From Eledone cirrhosa (lineage: Eukaryota), in NCBI GenBank assembly GCA_964016885.1, contig OZ024741.1, positions 201,438,001 to 201,502,000 on the forward strand: a stretch of DNA of 64,000 nt, written 5' to 3'. The position numbers were made by a program, and so were the translations under genes. Below, piece after piece: positions 1-14,402 of this stretch; within the stretch, counting starts at the first letter, position 1; each line of letters begins with the position of its first letter. The notes beneath the pieces are model-generated. The model was given only the letters and a program-made list of their open reading frames with translations, was not told where the DNA came from and did not search any database.

Positions 1-215
1 GATTTTAGGTTACTCATTATTTTCTGTTGTATGTAGTGTTGGGCCTTTTCATAATATGTTTGATTTTCTAGAGTTGAGAGTACTAGAGTCGTGTAGTAAG
101 CTGTCCCCATAAGGACTACTGCACTCCCTTTATCTGCCTCTTTGATTGTTAGATTTTGTCGTTTTTTAGACTAAGACCATTCCATTCTTTTTTGCTTATG
201 TTTGGTTTTTGTTTA
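1..215 (-). mobile_element. PLE reverse transcriptase N-terminal fragment (DKG motif), runs off the window edge
   Basis: Manual minus-strand translation: NISKKEW...(frameshift)...RQNLTIKEADKGSAVVLMGTAYY, matching the PLE IKxADKG motif. Confidence 0.75.
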
Positions 216-265
216 TGTATGTGTAGGTGGTGGTATGGGTAATTAGTTATGTGTTCGCATTTTAT

Positions 266-532
<267 letters not shown>

Positions 533-534
<2 letters not shown>

Positions 535-1140
535 CCCACCATATAATATGGAGAGGTCACCACACCATTAGAAACATTTTTTCTCTTTAATTAAAAGCGT
601 TTCTCCTTAACACACAAATACAATAAAATATTTAATAGAAACACTGTTAAAATATCTTACTCAAAAACTCCAAACCTCGCACATAACATCACTGCATCTA
701 ATTTAGCCAAATTACCTAACCATGGTATCACAAACAATCCAGTACAGAGTTCTAGCTACAATTGTAGGAATAGGGAAGACTGCCCTCTATCCGGGAAATG
801 CCTATCTAGCAATATAGTCTACAAATGTAAGGTCGACACACCCACGTCTAGAACGGCTTACATAGGGTTAACTGCCAATAGATTCAAGCAGTGTCCATAC
901 ATGCACACCCAACAAGGAGCATGATGTCACTTTCGGCCTATATCAGGAGTCTAAAAGACAACCACACACGATATGGTTTACACTGGGAGATTCTAGCTAA
1001 AGCTAGATCGTATAATGGAAACAAAAGACCATGTGATCTTTACGCCGCCGAAGCTCTGGAAATATTCTAAGCCAACGACCAAATCTTAACAAAGAATCTA
1101 AGACAATTTTGGCTTGTAAACACAAATTGCATAACACTTT
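533..1140 (+). mobile_element. Degenerate PLE GIY-YIG endonuclease region (Hydra-clade-like)
   Basis: Frameshifted NPPY, KIFNRNTVKISYS, YNCRNREDCPLSGKCLSSNIVYKCKV, AYIGLTANRFKQ, WEILAKARSYNG motifs. Confidence 0.8.
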
Positions 1141-1384
1141 CCTATATTATAGCCTTACATTATATCCCAACAGATAGTACGGACAATATGCAAATAATAT
1201 ACATCATGATGTGGTAGCTAAGGACACATTATTTTTATTTTTATATAATTATTTATATGTATGTACACCTTACCCGTATGTTTTTGTATGTGTGTATATA
1301 TTTATACGTATGTATATATGTCTCTATGTGTGTTTATATATATATATGTATATATGTATGTACATATGGGTATATATATTGGGC

Positions 1385-2477
1385 TGGTAAAATTCCCGAG
1401 ATCCATGGACGAGTTCTCTCCAACGGTCACTGTCCCTCATCATCGCTGCCATGTCCTGCATCTCCAAGAGACCGGTGTCTGTCCTTAGGGCTTCAACATA
1501 TGCCAACCTCGGTCTCCCTCTTCTAGTGTGTCCATGCAAGGGCTCACACAGGAGCACTGAGTGCAGTGTCAACTCTGGATATCGGTGAGCATGTCCAGCT
1601 AACCTCAGTCTCCTCTGTGCTACGCTCGAGCTGACGTTTGAGAGGCTCCCGTACAGCCCTGAGTTCTTCATTCTCAGTGTATACTGATTAATGTTCAGAG
1701 CCATCCTCAGCATTTTCGTGTAACACCCATCCACTATCTCAGACCCGTACAGCAGCACAGACTCCACTACAGCAACGAAGAGACAGATCTTCAGGTCTTT
1801 ACGAAGGTCCGTCTTCCACACCGTGGCACGCCGCCCAGGCTTTGCTCTTCCTCTCAACCACATCATCTTCTGTATTCATAATCTTTGCTCCCAGACACAA
1901 GAAGTCCTCAACTAATTCTAGCGGCTTCCCGCCTACATTAGTCATCTTCTCTGGCTTCTTAATGTTCTCTACCAGATACTTTGTCTTAATCTCATTCATT
2001 CTCAGCCCCACACTCATTGACATAGTCCCTACCTCCTGCATCAACTGCTCTGCCTCCTTCACTGTGTTTGTCACCAGAACTATGTTGTCGGCAAATTCAG
2101 CATCCGATATCCTTTTCTCCTTAACTCTTCTTCTCTGAGCCAGTGTTACAGTAAAGTCCTGGTGTTTCTCCAGCGCAAGGCGCATACAATAGTTCACTAC
2201 GATGATAAAAATGTAGGGAGCCAATGTATCTCCCTAGAGCACTCCAGCCAGTATCTCAAAGAATTCCGTCATCCCATGAGGTGTAATGACTTGGGTTTTG
2301 ATGTTGCTGTAGAGCAGTGATATCAGGTCCACTATCTTCTTGGGGATTCCATAAGCCTATAAGATCTTCATCAGACAGTGACGGTCCACAGAATCAAAAG
2401 CCTTCCTAAAGTCAATGAAAACCATGACTGCAGGAAGGCTCTTTGCTCTAGCTCCCTCTAATATCATCCTCAGCATC
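1385..2477 (-). mobile_element. 5'-truncated RTE-like LINE, RT and C-terminal region
   Basis: ORFs 2357-2545 (FIDFRKAFDSV), 1799-2224 (LAPYIFIIVV, EFADNIVL), 1324-1866 (ESVLLYGSE, RRLRLAGH, RGRP). Confidence 0.85.
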
Positions 2478-2597
2478 ATATACATACACGCACATATGCA
2501 TATTTGTATATATATGCATATGTGCGTGTATGTATATGTGTACATATGTGTGTATATATATACATATATGTATGTGTGTGTATGTAATGTATATATG

Positions 2598-2628
<31 letters not shown>

Positions 2629-2829
2629 ATCTATATGTATATGATTGGGAGAGGAAATGGTATATATTTTAGCTAATAATTCTAAAGACATGATTTATGA
2701 TGTATATATATATATATGTGCATATATATATGTGTGTGCGCGTATTCGTGTATATGTGTACACGTGGGTATACATTTGTGCGAGCACATGCAAACGCATG
2801 GGCGCTTACATGTGCACATGTACGACTGT

Positions 2830-4845
2830 ACATGGGATCTAGAGACTCAGCTCAGGTTACGGACTTTGTGAGAGTTTACATCTTACAACTAATTAAAAGA
2901 AGGATTCCGGAACTGGATGGAGGTTTGTACCACGATGGCGCTCTTTTCACTTTAATTAACCATAGCAACAGTGCCCCAAATAGGAAAAAGAAAATAATAA
3001 TAGACTTTTTTAACAATTACGGTCTTAAGTAAAAATAGGAAATAACAGTAGAATAGCCAACTTCCTCGACATAACACTAAACCTTAATTCTGGCCTATAC
3101 ACCTATACCACAAACTAAGTGAAAACCTGAATTATGTTAGCTACTTCTCAAACAACCCTAGAAACGTTAAGAAGGCCATAGTCAAAAGTGTACAACAGGG
3201 AATCTCTAGACTCTCAGCTAACAGGGAAATCTTCGATAGCAAGGATAGCTACTATAATAATTCATTAGCTAGAGCAGGTTATCAGGACAAAATTGAATGC
3301 ATGCATATAGATAGAAACAATTACACACCCACTCATAGACACAAAAAACAAACTAAAGACATAAACATTAACATACACACAATTAATGGTAATGGAAATA
3401 ATAGGGGTACTCAAACCCAAAACAATAGAGACAGGACAAACCCAACTCCAAATAGATATAATTCAAATACCATCAGAAAATGAAATAAGAGGGCTAGATC
3501 CCACTCCACCCACTCCTTATATCTACACAAAAACATAACAAGGCTTTTTTTAACGCATTAGATAAATGTTTTCCTAAATCACATGAATACAGTCAAATCT
3601 TTAATCGACACACAATTAAACTTTCTTACTCAACAACCAAAAGTATAGCCCAGAATATAGCAAAGATTATCAATAGAAATCTGGGAATTAAACATAGGGA
3701 GATAACTGATAATAGCAAGCATAGAAACACTGATAGATTAAACAGCAATTCGAATAACGGGAATAACACCATTAACATAAATGAGATAAACCAACGGACA
3801 CACAGACACGGGCAGGGAACCATGAATGGTAACGTAAATAATTGCAATTGTAGAGCTCAAAGCAGATGCCCAAGAAAAAAATATTGTTTAAAGTAACAAC
3901 GAGTAGTAAGACTTATAGATATATTGGCGCAACTTCTACTAGATTTAAGAAAAGATGGTACAACCATCGCCACTCATTTAAAAGAACTGATAAAAGATCT
4001 ATCACAGCCCTGTCGGAACTGATTTGGTCGCTAAAATATAACCAGGTAGAATACTCCCTTTCATGGTCAAAACTTTCACATGCCTTTCCCTATGTAAATG
4101 GATCTATATCTAGAAGGTGTGACCTCTGTACTACAGAGACTTTACACATCATAAATAGTAGGCACAAAATTATTAATAAACGCTCTGAAACATTTAATAC
4201 TTGTTTACACAAAATGAATAAGACATTCCATAGAGTAAATAGTGAAAACTTCATTAAATAATATTAAATAGACCACCAAATAACTAATTAACCATTCATA
4301 AATATATAGATACATTATAACATCAGCATCAAAGAACAAATATCTAAAATTAAAATCAATATCTAAGTGAATAAAATCTAGTCAAGAAATATATACATAA
4401 AAAATATATAAAAATATATATTAAAAAAACATTGAAAATAGTCTAACAGTTCCTACATGCCTTACTACGAATCAAGTGACAAATCTGGTAACTTGATACC
4501 CTTGCTAGTTTACAATCAACAATGCCAAGAGCAACAACTATCTCCCGCACATAAAAGAACTGCTACTTGAGAAATTCGGACATATGCTTATAGGTCGGCG
4601 AAATGAATAACAAGTATGACCGGTATCAATGGAACTTTACATCTTGTTTGTATATTTGTCTGAAGAGAACACATGAGGCAGTTATTATATAACTGCCCCA
4701 CATCTTTGAAATACGTATAATGAATAAAATAGGGGTGTATGAATAAAACCGTCTTTTTGTTTATCATATATATGGTTTATCATATTTATGGCTTTATCTT
4801 ATATACGGCTGGCCTTGCCGAAAGTTTAAAATGAAATTAGAATGT
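2830..4845 (+). mobile_element. 5'-truncated PLE (Hydra-clade-like): RT C-half, linker, GIY-YIG EN, 3' region with HHR
   Basis: MGSRDSAQVTDFV...GLYHDG (ORF 2697-3032), NFLDITLNL, ORF 3866-4261 YIGATSTRFKKRWYNH...CDLC...INKRSE..CLH. Confidence 0.85.
4653..4726 (+). ncRNA. Type I hammerhead ribozyme motif (PLE 3' end)
   Basis: tatttgt-CTGAAGA-stem II (ggcagttat/ataactgcc)-GAAA-T-ACGT-A-TA-atgaata. Confidence 0.7.
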
Positions 4846-4878
4846 GTGTGTGTATTTGTGTGTACTTATGCATACTTA

Positions 4879-5158
<280 letters not shown>

Positions 5159-5162
<4 letters not shown>

Positions 5163-7015
5163 GAGGTGAGTTTTATTGTAGCACAATAAAGCATTGCAAA
5201 TAGTAAGATCTTTAATAAGCATACAATTAAATTCTCTTATTCCACCACTTTCAACATCTCTAACATTATCTCAAAACATAATACTAAAATATTAAGTAAT
5301 AAATCATATCCACCCAACACTGAGCGTCATAATAGTAGCAATAATAAGCCCGACGTCAATGTTAACTCTAGGCTAGATTCCGTAAATTTAAATACTACGT
5401 CAAACGTAACTTTGTCGAATATTCATAATACCAATCTAAATCAGGAAACTTTAGCACCTATCGTAAGTAATTTCTCCAAATCAATTCCTTCTATAAATAA
5501 TACTGGGTCACTTGCTAATAACTCTGGTAATTTCTCTAATCGTAATTGCAATTGCCCTATTAGAACTAAATGTCTTCTTAGTAACCAATGTCTTGATAAA
5601 AATTTAGTGTATGAATGTAAGGTTATAACTGGTACTAATTCTTTTACCTATTTTGGTTCCACTCCCACTTCCTTTAAGACAAGATTTTATAATCACAATT
5701 CTTCTTTGAAATACCAACCTAAAAGAACTAACACGGCACTCTCAAAACTCATATGGTCCTTAAAGGACAAAAATATTAACTACAACATTTCTTGGAGAAA
5801 GGTTTGCCACGCCTCTCTTTACCTTAATTCTTCCCAATCCAGAACATGTAATCTCTGCCTAGCGGAGAAATTTACCATTTTAATTCTATAATAAATAGAT
5901 GTACGGATTTATTTTCGCTCTGCTTGCATACATCCCATAGAACTTTCCATAAAGTATACAGCTAATATCTTACTACCTAATTAGTTTAAAATCTTTTTTT
6001 TGCTCAAACGCTTTTATATTTTTTACAAATATACCCATCTTTCTACCTTATTGCATTATATTATGCAATATTACTCATATTATGTCGTTAGCGGTCCCCT
6101 AATTTTCTTCTTTTTTTAATTTCTAATCTTTAATCTGCAGCTTTTACTTCTCAATTACTTCTCAATTCATCTTATAACTCACTATAGCATTTTCCTTATA
6201 TTCTCGGCCATACAAATTTTTATTTTTAATATATACTAATATTACCATTAGAGAAATTTTGTAAACATATTTTTTTGACGTTATATATTTTTTCTTCCTT
6301 GAATTTTTTCTTTCTTCTCTCCTTCCATGCTTGTATTAAATCTATTATTTACTTTTTCCTATTACAATATATAGAAACAAACTTGGACCCTAATTAATTC
6401 CTCTAAGTTCATAATTCATTTAACCTTATCTTCATTCACCTTATCTTCTTAATATATTTTATTTTAATAATACATTTTAATAAATTCCTTTTCGCACATC
6501 TTATTAAACCCTTCAATATATAAACCTTAAATAAATTGTATTCTTAATTCCTTTTTCTTTAATCATAAGCATCACCATTCATAAACCTCATTAACTTTTA
6601 ATTTCTTAATTTTTTTTAAATTATGTATTATCTTACAACGGTTTTTTTTTTATTTTTCTCTGTGAGACAATGTTTCTCAGTATTAAAGGTTATCTCTCTC
6701 TCTCTCTATCTCACTCATTTTCTCCTCCTCTCTCATCCTTCCTTCTTATACTCCTCCACCATCATCCTTTCCTTATTATTATATTTTTTTCTTCTATCTA
6801 TATTCTTTCCCCCCTTGCTTTCCTTTTTTCCAATCTCATATATCCATCTTATTTTATTTTTCATATGTTAATTTAACACTTCACTACTCGCAAGTGTTTT
6901 TAAGCTTCATATCAAGTCTCAGCTGATGAGAACGCAAATATCATCCCATGATGATATTTGTTTTTGAAATGCGCATAATAAAATACATGGAACTCTTTTA
7001 ACCATCTTTTGATTT

Positions 7016-7022
<7 letters not shown>
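5159..7022 (+). mobile_element. 5'-truncated PLE: inverted tail fragment, GIY-YIG EN, long T-rich 3' UTR, HHR
   Basis: ORF 5412-5891 CNCPIRTKCLL..CL..NLVYECKV..YFGST..FKTRFYNH..CNLCLAEK; 5159-5199 matches the reverse complement of the family tail seen at 55011. Confidence 0.85.
6917..6983 (+). ncRNA. Hammerhead ribozyme motif (stem I poorly paired)
   Basis: CTGATGA-caaatatcatc/gatgatatttg-GAAA-T-GCGC-A-TA; same family as 55138-55321. Confidence 0.6.
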
Positions 7023-7093
<71 letters not shown>

Positions 7094-7095
<2 letters not shown>

Positions 7096-7190
7096 AAGGC
7101 ATAGCATATTGTTAATATGATATCCCTGAAATATATATAATGAAATAAATATGGTTTTATAAATATAGTTTCCATTTATTTAATATTGTA
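7094..7190 (+). mobile_element. PLE pLTR scrap containing the 3' half of an HHR
   Basis: GAAATATATATAATGAAATAAATATGGTTTTATAAATATAGTTTCCATTT, homologous to the 14.0 kb and 53.4 kb elements. Confidence 0.6.
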
Positions 7191-7769
7191 TATATATATA
7201 TATATATATATACATAAAATTGCAAGTTTGAAGAATTATTAGATAAAATATATACAGTATTTCCTCTCCCTAGTCCATATAAATCAACCACACAAATAAT
7301 CATTTAAACGCGGCTATAAGTTTAAAATGTAACTATGAAGAAATAATAGACAAATGATACAGACTATCTTCCGCGAGGGACAGCCAGATAAAATTTATCT
7401 GGTCATTCCTTTTAGCCCTTAGAAAATGACTAGACAAATAATCAACTAAACGGAGTTAGGTCTAAAATAGAAGTTAGAAGAAAAAATGCATATAAACTTT
7501 ACCATTTTCGTAAAGTTTATATGCACAGTAGTGTGTATTATGGATTAGTAAAACCTATTTTTTAGTTCGTCTGTCAACCCAGATTGAGGTACGTATGCAG
7601 ATATAATTGTGGTCATTATTCTATTTACGGAGATTACCTTATCTCCCCATTTGTCAGCTAATAAGATACCTACTCACCCCAGTCCATTGTCATTTCCCAT
7701 CCAGAATATATATATGTAGAATGGACGCACAAAGGTTGCGTATACCCAGACACCAAAAAGGGTCCGGAA

Positions 7770-8405
7770 GGGAGTAAACCGTAACAGTTGGAAGCTGGAA
7801 CATCACAACTCTTACAGGTAAGGAGCAGGAACTAGTGGAAGAGGCTAGATGCTACTGGCTAGATATAGTCGGGGTTTCCTCAACAAAGTTCCGTGGCTCT
7901 GACACTATAGATTTGGATGGGGGGATGGAAACACCCCTATTCAGGTGTGGCGCCAGAAATGAATGCACAGGCGGGAGTGGAGATACTCACAAGCCCCCGG
8001 CTGTCAGAATATGTTATGGACTGTGTCCCGTTAGGAGGGAGGATTTGCCTCTTGAAATTTAGGCTGAAAGATAGGTCTCTGTGGGTGATATAAGTTTATG
8101 CACCAAACAAGGAGTCCGGAGAGGGGGTCCTTTTTTGATGAAGTCACTGCAGTGTATGGGATTGATGGTCAGCTTCTTGCTGCCCTGATGTCTCTATTAC
8201 GAATGCCTGAGTATTTGTGTTCCGATAAATGGTATTAAATCGAAACCATTCAATGTGGTAGTCGGACTCCGCCAAGGTGGTGTACCGTCACATCTCCTAT
8301 TCATTATTTACATGAACAAGATTGACATACGCAGCCAGGTTGGAAGTGGTATCATGACTGGCTGGTGTAAAATCAGTCGGCTGGAATTTTCAGACGACAT
8401 GGTGA
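7770..8405 (+). mobile_element. Internally deleted RTE LINE (APE endonuclease start joined to an RT fragment)
   Basis: NITTLTGKEQELVEEARCYWLDIVGVSSTK; ORF 8255 GLRQGGVPSHLLFIIYMNKID..LEFSDDMV. Confidence 0.75.
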
Positions 8406-8409
8406 CCTC

Positions 8410-9692
8410 TCATCCGCAAAACACTCCCGGGGAATATCACTTATGTCCATTGTTGCCAAGATCTACAAGCTAATCCTCAACCGTATAGTTCCGTGTGTTG
8501 ATCCAATTCTTCGCACCAACCAAAATGGTTTTAGGCGTGGTAGATCTACACTTCCACAGGTTTTGGCCTTGAGAAGAGTAGTGGAAGAGATGAGAAACTT
8601 CAACAGACAAATGGCTCTAGTTTTTGTTGACTTTAGAAAAGCTTTTGACAGCATAAATAGAGACCTTCCCTATGGCATCCCAGCAAGACTTGTGGAAGCA
8701 ATTAAGGCTCTGTATCTCAACACAAGTGTCACTATCATCACTCCTGATGGCCCAACACAGTTATTTGACATCTCAGCAGGAGTGCTGCAAAGGTGACACT
8801 CTTGACCCATTTCTCTTTACACTCTTGACCCATTTCTCTTTACACTAGACTACTCCCTGAGACTCTCAATTGACAAAATCAATAACAAAGGTATAACTAA
8901 CAAACCTCGCATGAGCTCTAGGCATCCCTTTAAACGTCTCACTGATTTTGACTTTGAAGATGACATTGCACTTCTTGCAGATTGCCTAGAAAATGCGCAA
9001 CAGCTTTTGACATCTCTCCAGGAAGCAGCCGCCTTGTTGGCCTTCATCTCAACGAGGCTAAAACAGAGTACATATCAAATTGTACAGGCAACATCAAACA
9101 ATCAACGGCAATGATATCAAGCAAGTCGAGGATTTTAAGTATCTTGGGCCCTGGATCTTGGATTCGGGGAAGAATTTTTCCACCAGAAAGGCCCAAGCAT
9201 GGTCAGCTTGCAACAAGATGGATTGAGTTTGGCACTCAAATCTTTCCAACCACACCAAAATCAGACTCTTTCACGTAACAATTCAACTAATCTTGCTATA
9301 TGGAAGTGAAACATCGACGCTTTCATCCAAACAACAAAAGTGCCTTGATGGCACCTACACTCGCCTACTTAGACGCATTCAGAACATAAGCTGGTAACAT
9401 CTGACTTTAAAAGAAATATATGTCGGCCTTCCACACATATCTGTCATTGTACCTAAAAAGGAGAGTAAAATTTGCTGGCTACTGCCATCTTGCCACCCCT
9501 GAGGCCGTGTCCCCACTAGTGCTCTGGAAACCACAAGCAGTCACTAATAACAGGGGGTGCAAGCTCTCCTATCCCAATGTCATCTCCAGAGATTCTGGTA
9601 TTGAAATCCAGGACTTGGCAATGCCAATGAACGACAGACCCACGTGGAGATCAATTGTTGAGTCGATTTTGGCTGAGGCCGCCGGATGAAGA
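8410..9692 (+). mobile_element. 5'-truncated RTE-like LINE RT
   Basis: ORF 8443 QNGFRRGRST..FVDFRKAFDSI..GVLQ; DFDFEDDIALL; LLYGSET; RRVKFAGYC. Confidence 0.85.
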
Positions 9693-9949
9693 CAGTGTGG
9701 GCTGGGTGCTTTTAGTCATGACACCTACTTGACCACTTTGCAGTGTGGAGTGAGTGCTTTTTGTCATGACACCTACATGACCACTTTCCAGTATTGGCTG
9801 GATGCTTTTTGTGATACCAAAATAACTTTACAGTGTAAGGATGGTGTAGGGGTGTGGGGTGTATGGAAGGGGGTATAATGGATTAAGAGGTGCCTACTGG
9901 AAGTATGTTTGAGTATATGTGCAATGGGAGGTGGGTCTTGTGTATCATT

Positions 9950-10950
9950 AGATAACGCCAAAGATCTCGATCCTGTTTCATTGTCTTTGAGAGGTGCAAT
10001 TGTGCAAGGTCAGCTTTTATCCCCTCGTCCCAGGCCTTCCTACTCCATAGTTTCCATCAATTTTGATCACCCTGCACCTTTTTATACAGCTGTTGTCCAT
10101 ATGCATCACATGACAAACCCAACGTAATCTCCTCTCTAGCACACAACATCTGATCTCTCTTATGCCTAATTTTACACTTAGGTCATTTACGCGGTATTAG
10201 ATCTCTGAACATTCTCCGCCCTTTTCTTACTCTGGCTACTGTATTTTCAGAACACTTTCCTCCACTGCTGATTTCATCACCCAGGTAATGGAAAGTGTCA
10301 ACTAAATCTATAGAACCATCTGGGCATTTGAAGCTAGTATTCTGTGAGCACTTGCTACATACTGCACCTGAGAATTGGCCCCATATAAAACCTACCTTCT
10401 TTGATACGCTGACTGAGATCCCACTACATCTTTTATGTACCCATAGCTTACATTTGGGACATAGAATGTAATTTCTACCTACTCCTTTCCTACACACTGA
10501 GCAAGGCCATTTTCCAGTGGGAATCTGGGCCCTATTTTCCTTTTTACATACTAGAACTTTAGTCTTAGACAAGTTAACTTTAAGAGCTTTTGATTCCAGG
10601 CCATGCTTCCAGGTTTGGAATTCTTTTCTAATTCTGCCATAAATTCAGCTTTGAGAGTTAGGTCGTCTGCGTATATAACATCCTATGGGCAGCCAATCTT
10701 AAACTCTTCTGTTATAGCCTGCATGGCAATAATAAACAGGACTGCGCTAAGGACGGAGCCTTGATAAACAGCTACTTTTATGCTAAATTCTTCACTATAT
10801 TCATTGTTAATTCTAACCTTGCTGACTGTTCCTCTATACATGGCTTATATAGCTTTCACAAGCCACTCATCTACTCCGAGTTTTCTAAGGGCCCACCATT
10901 AATGGAGCAGGGGAATCTATCACAGGCTTTCTCCAAGTCAACAAAAGCTA
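9950..10950 (-). mobile_element. RTE (BovB-like) LINE fragment with Cys-rich insert
   Basis: ORF 10183-10572 KTKVLV..WPCSVCRKGVGRN.ILC..CKLWVHKRCSGI..FHYLG; upstream FVDLEKA, QGSVLS, YADDL. Confidence 0.8.
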
Positions 10951-11004
10951 AGTATATATATACATATAGTATATATATATTTGTATATATTTGTATATAT
11001 ATAT

Positions 11005-13935
11005 CCTCATCATCGTTTTTACGTCTGTTTTTCCATGCTTGTATGGGTTCGACGGGTCCTTCTCAGCACAGTATCTCTTCACTTGTCATGTTCCTACATT
11101 ATCTCCTCTGCCAGTCGATTTGAGGTCCGCTCTCACAACCTCTGCCCAGGCCTTTCTTGGTCGTCCTCTATTGCGGCTTCCTTCTACAGGGATTTCCTGG
11201 CATTTCTTCACCCATCGGTAATTGTCCATGTGCATCACATGTCCATATCAATGCAGTCTTCTCTCCTGCATACCACCTTGGATTTCCCTTAGACCCAGCT
11301 TCTCCCTCTGTTTATCCAAGCTCTCCCTTTCTCTCACATTTTCATTGCACATCCAACAAAACATGGTTGCTTCATTTCTCTCCAGTCTACACATGTCCTC
11401 TGCATTCACAGTCCATGTTTCACTACCCTGCAGCATTGCGCACCACACACAGGCATCATACAGCCTTCCCTTTGTATGTAAGGAGAAACCTTTTGTTGTC
11501 AACAGTAGGAGTAGTTCTCTAAACGTCTTCCATCCTATCCTTATTCTAGCTATTGTACTCTCGGCACACGTTCTTATGTTGCTAATTAATTCACCTAGAT
11601 AGCAGAAGCTATCAACCCCATCTATGGATCCTTCCTGTGATTGGAAAAGGTTTATATCATTGGCACACTTCCTCTCGAGCATTGGCACACTTCCTCTCCC
11701 TTCCTGTTAATCTACTTGTTATCCCACTATATCCTTTGTGTACCCATGATTTACATTATGTACATTGTATGGAGTTTATGCCTATTCCTTTTCTACATAT
11801 TGAGTCATCTGGGCATTTGAAGCTAGTATTCTGTGGGCACTTGCTACATAGTGCACCTGAGCATTGGCCTCGCTGAGGGAATCTGGCTCCTATCTTCTTT
11901 CCTACTCACTAGCACTTTAGTTTTGACTAAGTTTACTCTCAGACCTTTTGAATTCAGTTTTCATAATCGGAATTTATTTTCTAGTTCTTTTTTTATTTCA
12001 GCTATAAGGGCCAAATCATCTGCATAGAGAAGTTCCTATGGGCAGCCCATTTTAAACTCCTCTGTTATGGTCTGAAGAACTATGATTAACAGCAGTGGAC
12101 TAAGAACTGAACCTTGATGAACTCCTACCTGTACCTTAACTAAACTCATTTCCTACTCTCACTTTACTGACAGCTTCCTCAGTACATATCTTCCACAGCT
12201 CTCACAAGCCATTCTTCTACACCTAATTTCCTTAATAACCACTAGATACTAGATCAAGGTACTCTGCCAAAAGCGTTCTCTAGATCAACAAAAGATAAAT
12301 ATAGCACCTTATTTTTGGCTTAGAACTTCTCTTGTAGTTGCCTGACTAAGAAGCGGGCATCTGTGGTACTATAGTTGCTCCTTTCTAGAGCATCAACTTT
12401 GCCCTCGTTGCAATTTATGATGGTACTGTTGCACCAATCATTGGGTATGACACCATCATGTATTACTTGATTTACTATACCTCTCCTGATGCTTTTAGCA
12501 TATCAGCAACTATTTCTGATGGTTCCATGGCTTTACCATTCATCATCTTCTTGATTGTGTCTGACCCTAAAACTATCAACTTCAATAGCTGTCCTTCCTT
12601 TGGGTAAGTTGAGTGTAGTTTTTCTTCCTCCCGTTCATTCTCTACATTCACCAATATCTCATAGCAACATTTCCAGGTCTCTTTCTTTTGGGCTTCAGTG
12701 GTGCTAAGTACACCAGCATCATTTCTAACTCGGTTTTCCCCAACCACATCTCGATTCACACTAACACACTGCCTGCAATATGGAACACTTCACCTCTCTG
12801 ATCCTCACGTCTCAAGACATTAGCAAATTTACTTTCTTCAGTCTATCTCTAAGCTGTGTATACCTGTCACCTAGCTTATTTCTTAGTTACTTGGTACTGG
12901 TTTCTGCTAGCCTCAATCTTTCCAGTCTTTCCAAGCCTGTCTCTTGGCTTTAATGGCTGCCTTTACTGTGCTCTTCCACCACCAAGTCACCCTCTATTTG
13001 GATGGTGTTTTACTCCAGCTACAAGTCTCATCGGTAGTTCGCAAAAGGTTGTCATGTAAGAATTTCCAGTTGTCCTTTACATTATATACTGTATATCTAG
13101 TTCATCATCCCTCTCATCAAGCATATCCTGTAGGACCTTTCTAAATCTATATTTAACTGAGCGGTCCTTTAGCTTCCACACACTCTGTCTCCATATTTTC
13201 CTGTGTGTCTTGTTCTGTCTTTTGATTATTTTGATGTCACTAACTAACTTGTGCTGAGCAGTGCATTCTTCCCCAGGGAAGGTCTTAGTATTTATTACAG
13301 TCCGTTTGTCTTGTTGTCTAATAAATAAGTAATCAATTTGGCTTGTGGGTTCACCAGATTGATATGAAATCAGGTGGTTGGCTCGTTTCCTGAAATTTGT
13401 GTTGCAGATGGTTACTTCATTTGCATCATAGAATTCCAGGAGTCTCAGCTCCTCTTCATTCCTTGAGCCATAACTATAGCCACCACGAACTCCATTGAAT
13501 CCACCCTGGTACTGTCCCACATGTCCATTAAAGTCACCTGCTAGCATGATGAGGTCTCTTTCATCAATACCTGAAGTTGTTTGTAAAAGTTCCTCATAGA
13601 ACCTGTCCTTTGGTTCTTTACCCAGTCCTGCTTGCAGAGCATAGGTAGATGTTATTGTCACCAGTATATTTCCTACAGTTAATCTAAGCTTGATGATTCT
13701 GTCACTTACTCTAACTACTTCTATTACCTTATCTATCCATTTCTCAGCTACTAGGATGCCTACACCTCCTACCCCATTGTCATTTCCTACCCAGTAGAGT
13801 TTATATCTAAGTTACTTGCCTGTGATTAGTCTCACTGCGGTACCCTTCCATCTCACTTCTTGTACACAGCATACATCTACTCCTCTTCTCTCTAACAGTT
13901 CCACAATTTCCCGTGATTTGCCTTTCAGGGTACCA
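11005..13935 (-). mobile_element. Near full-length degenerate RTE LINE (APE, RT, (GAT)n tail)
   Basis: ORF 13077-13661 APE (AGDFNGHVG, SQIDY, CTAQHKL); RT motifs; ORF 11248-11688 C-terminal; gat tail near 11005. Confidence 0.85.
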
Positions 13936-14019
13936 TCAAGGAGGGAGGCAGGCCCGAGATTTGTACCTTGATAGTTGTTACTTCTTTGGTTAGAGGTTCT
14001 ATGTATATATATATATACA

Positions 14020-14330
14020 CAATGATATTAAATAAATGGAAACTGTATTTATAAAACCATATTTATTTTATTATATATATTTCAAGGGCAACCAAGACAA
14101 CATTGGTACGCTTTCATCAGATAATATACAAAGTTTGTTTTATAAATATAGATAGAGACATACCCATGAAAATCATACCTTATCGGTTGGAAATTCACTG
14201 GTTTTATAAATACAGTTTCCATTTATTTAATATCATTGAATATTTACTCCAGTAAACTGTTGAGTGCTCTAAATCAGTTATAAACATTTATGTTTGTCGG
14301 ACTTCCAACAAATTAAATACAACTTCTACT
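14020..14330. mobile_element. Palindromic mini-PLE (inverted pLTR pieces plus tail)
   Basis: Inverted arms 14020-14059 and 14199-14238; tail to 14330; homologous to 53337-53765. Confidence 0.7.
14066..14125 (-). ncRNA. Type I hammerhead ribozyme motif
   Basis: Reverse complement: attat-CTGATGA-aagcgtacc..ggttgccctt-GAAA-TATATA-TA-ataaaa. Confidence 0.65.
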
Positions 14331-14402
14331 TATATATATATATATATATATACCCACACATACACTTATATGGGTTTGTGTATGTATGTGTATATATATA
14401 TA

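Noticed and set aside
9692-9838. Three to four ~40-45 bp repeats resembling a repeat-spacer array
   Set aside because: Degenerate minisatellite without unique spacers in eukaryotic DNA; not CRISPR
10183-10572. Cys-rich PHD-like ORF as a host zinc-finger gene (also 14974-15294)
   Set aside because: Embedded in RTE LINE RT sequence in several copies
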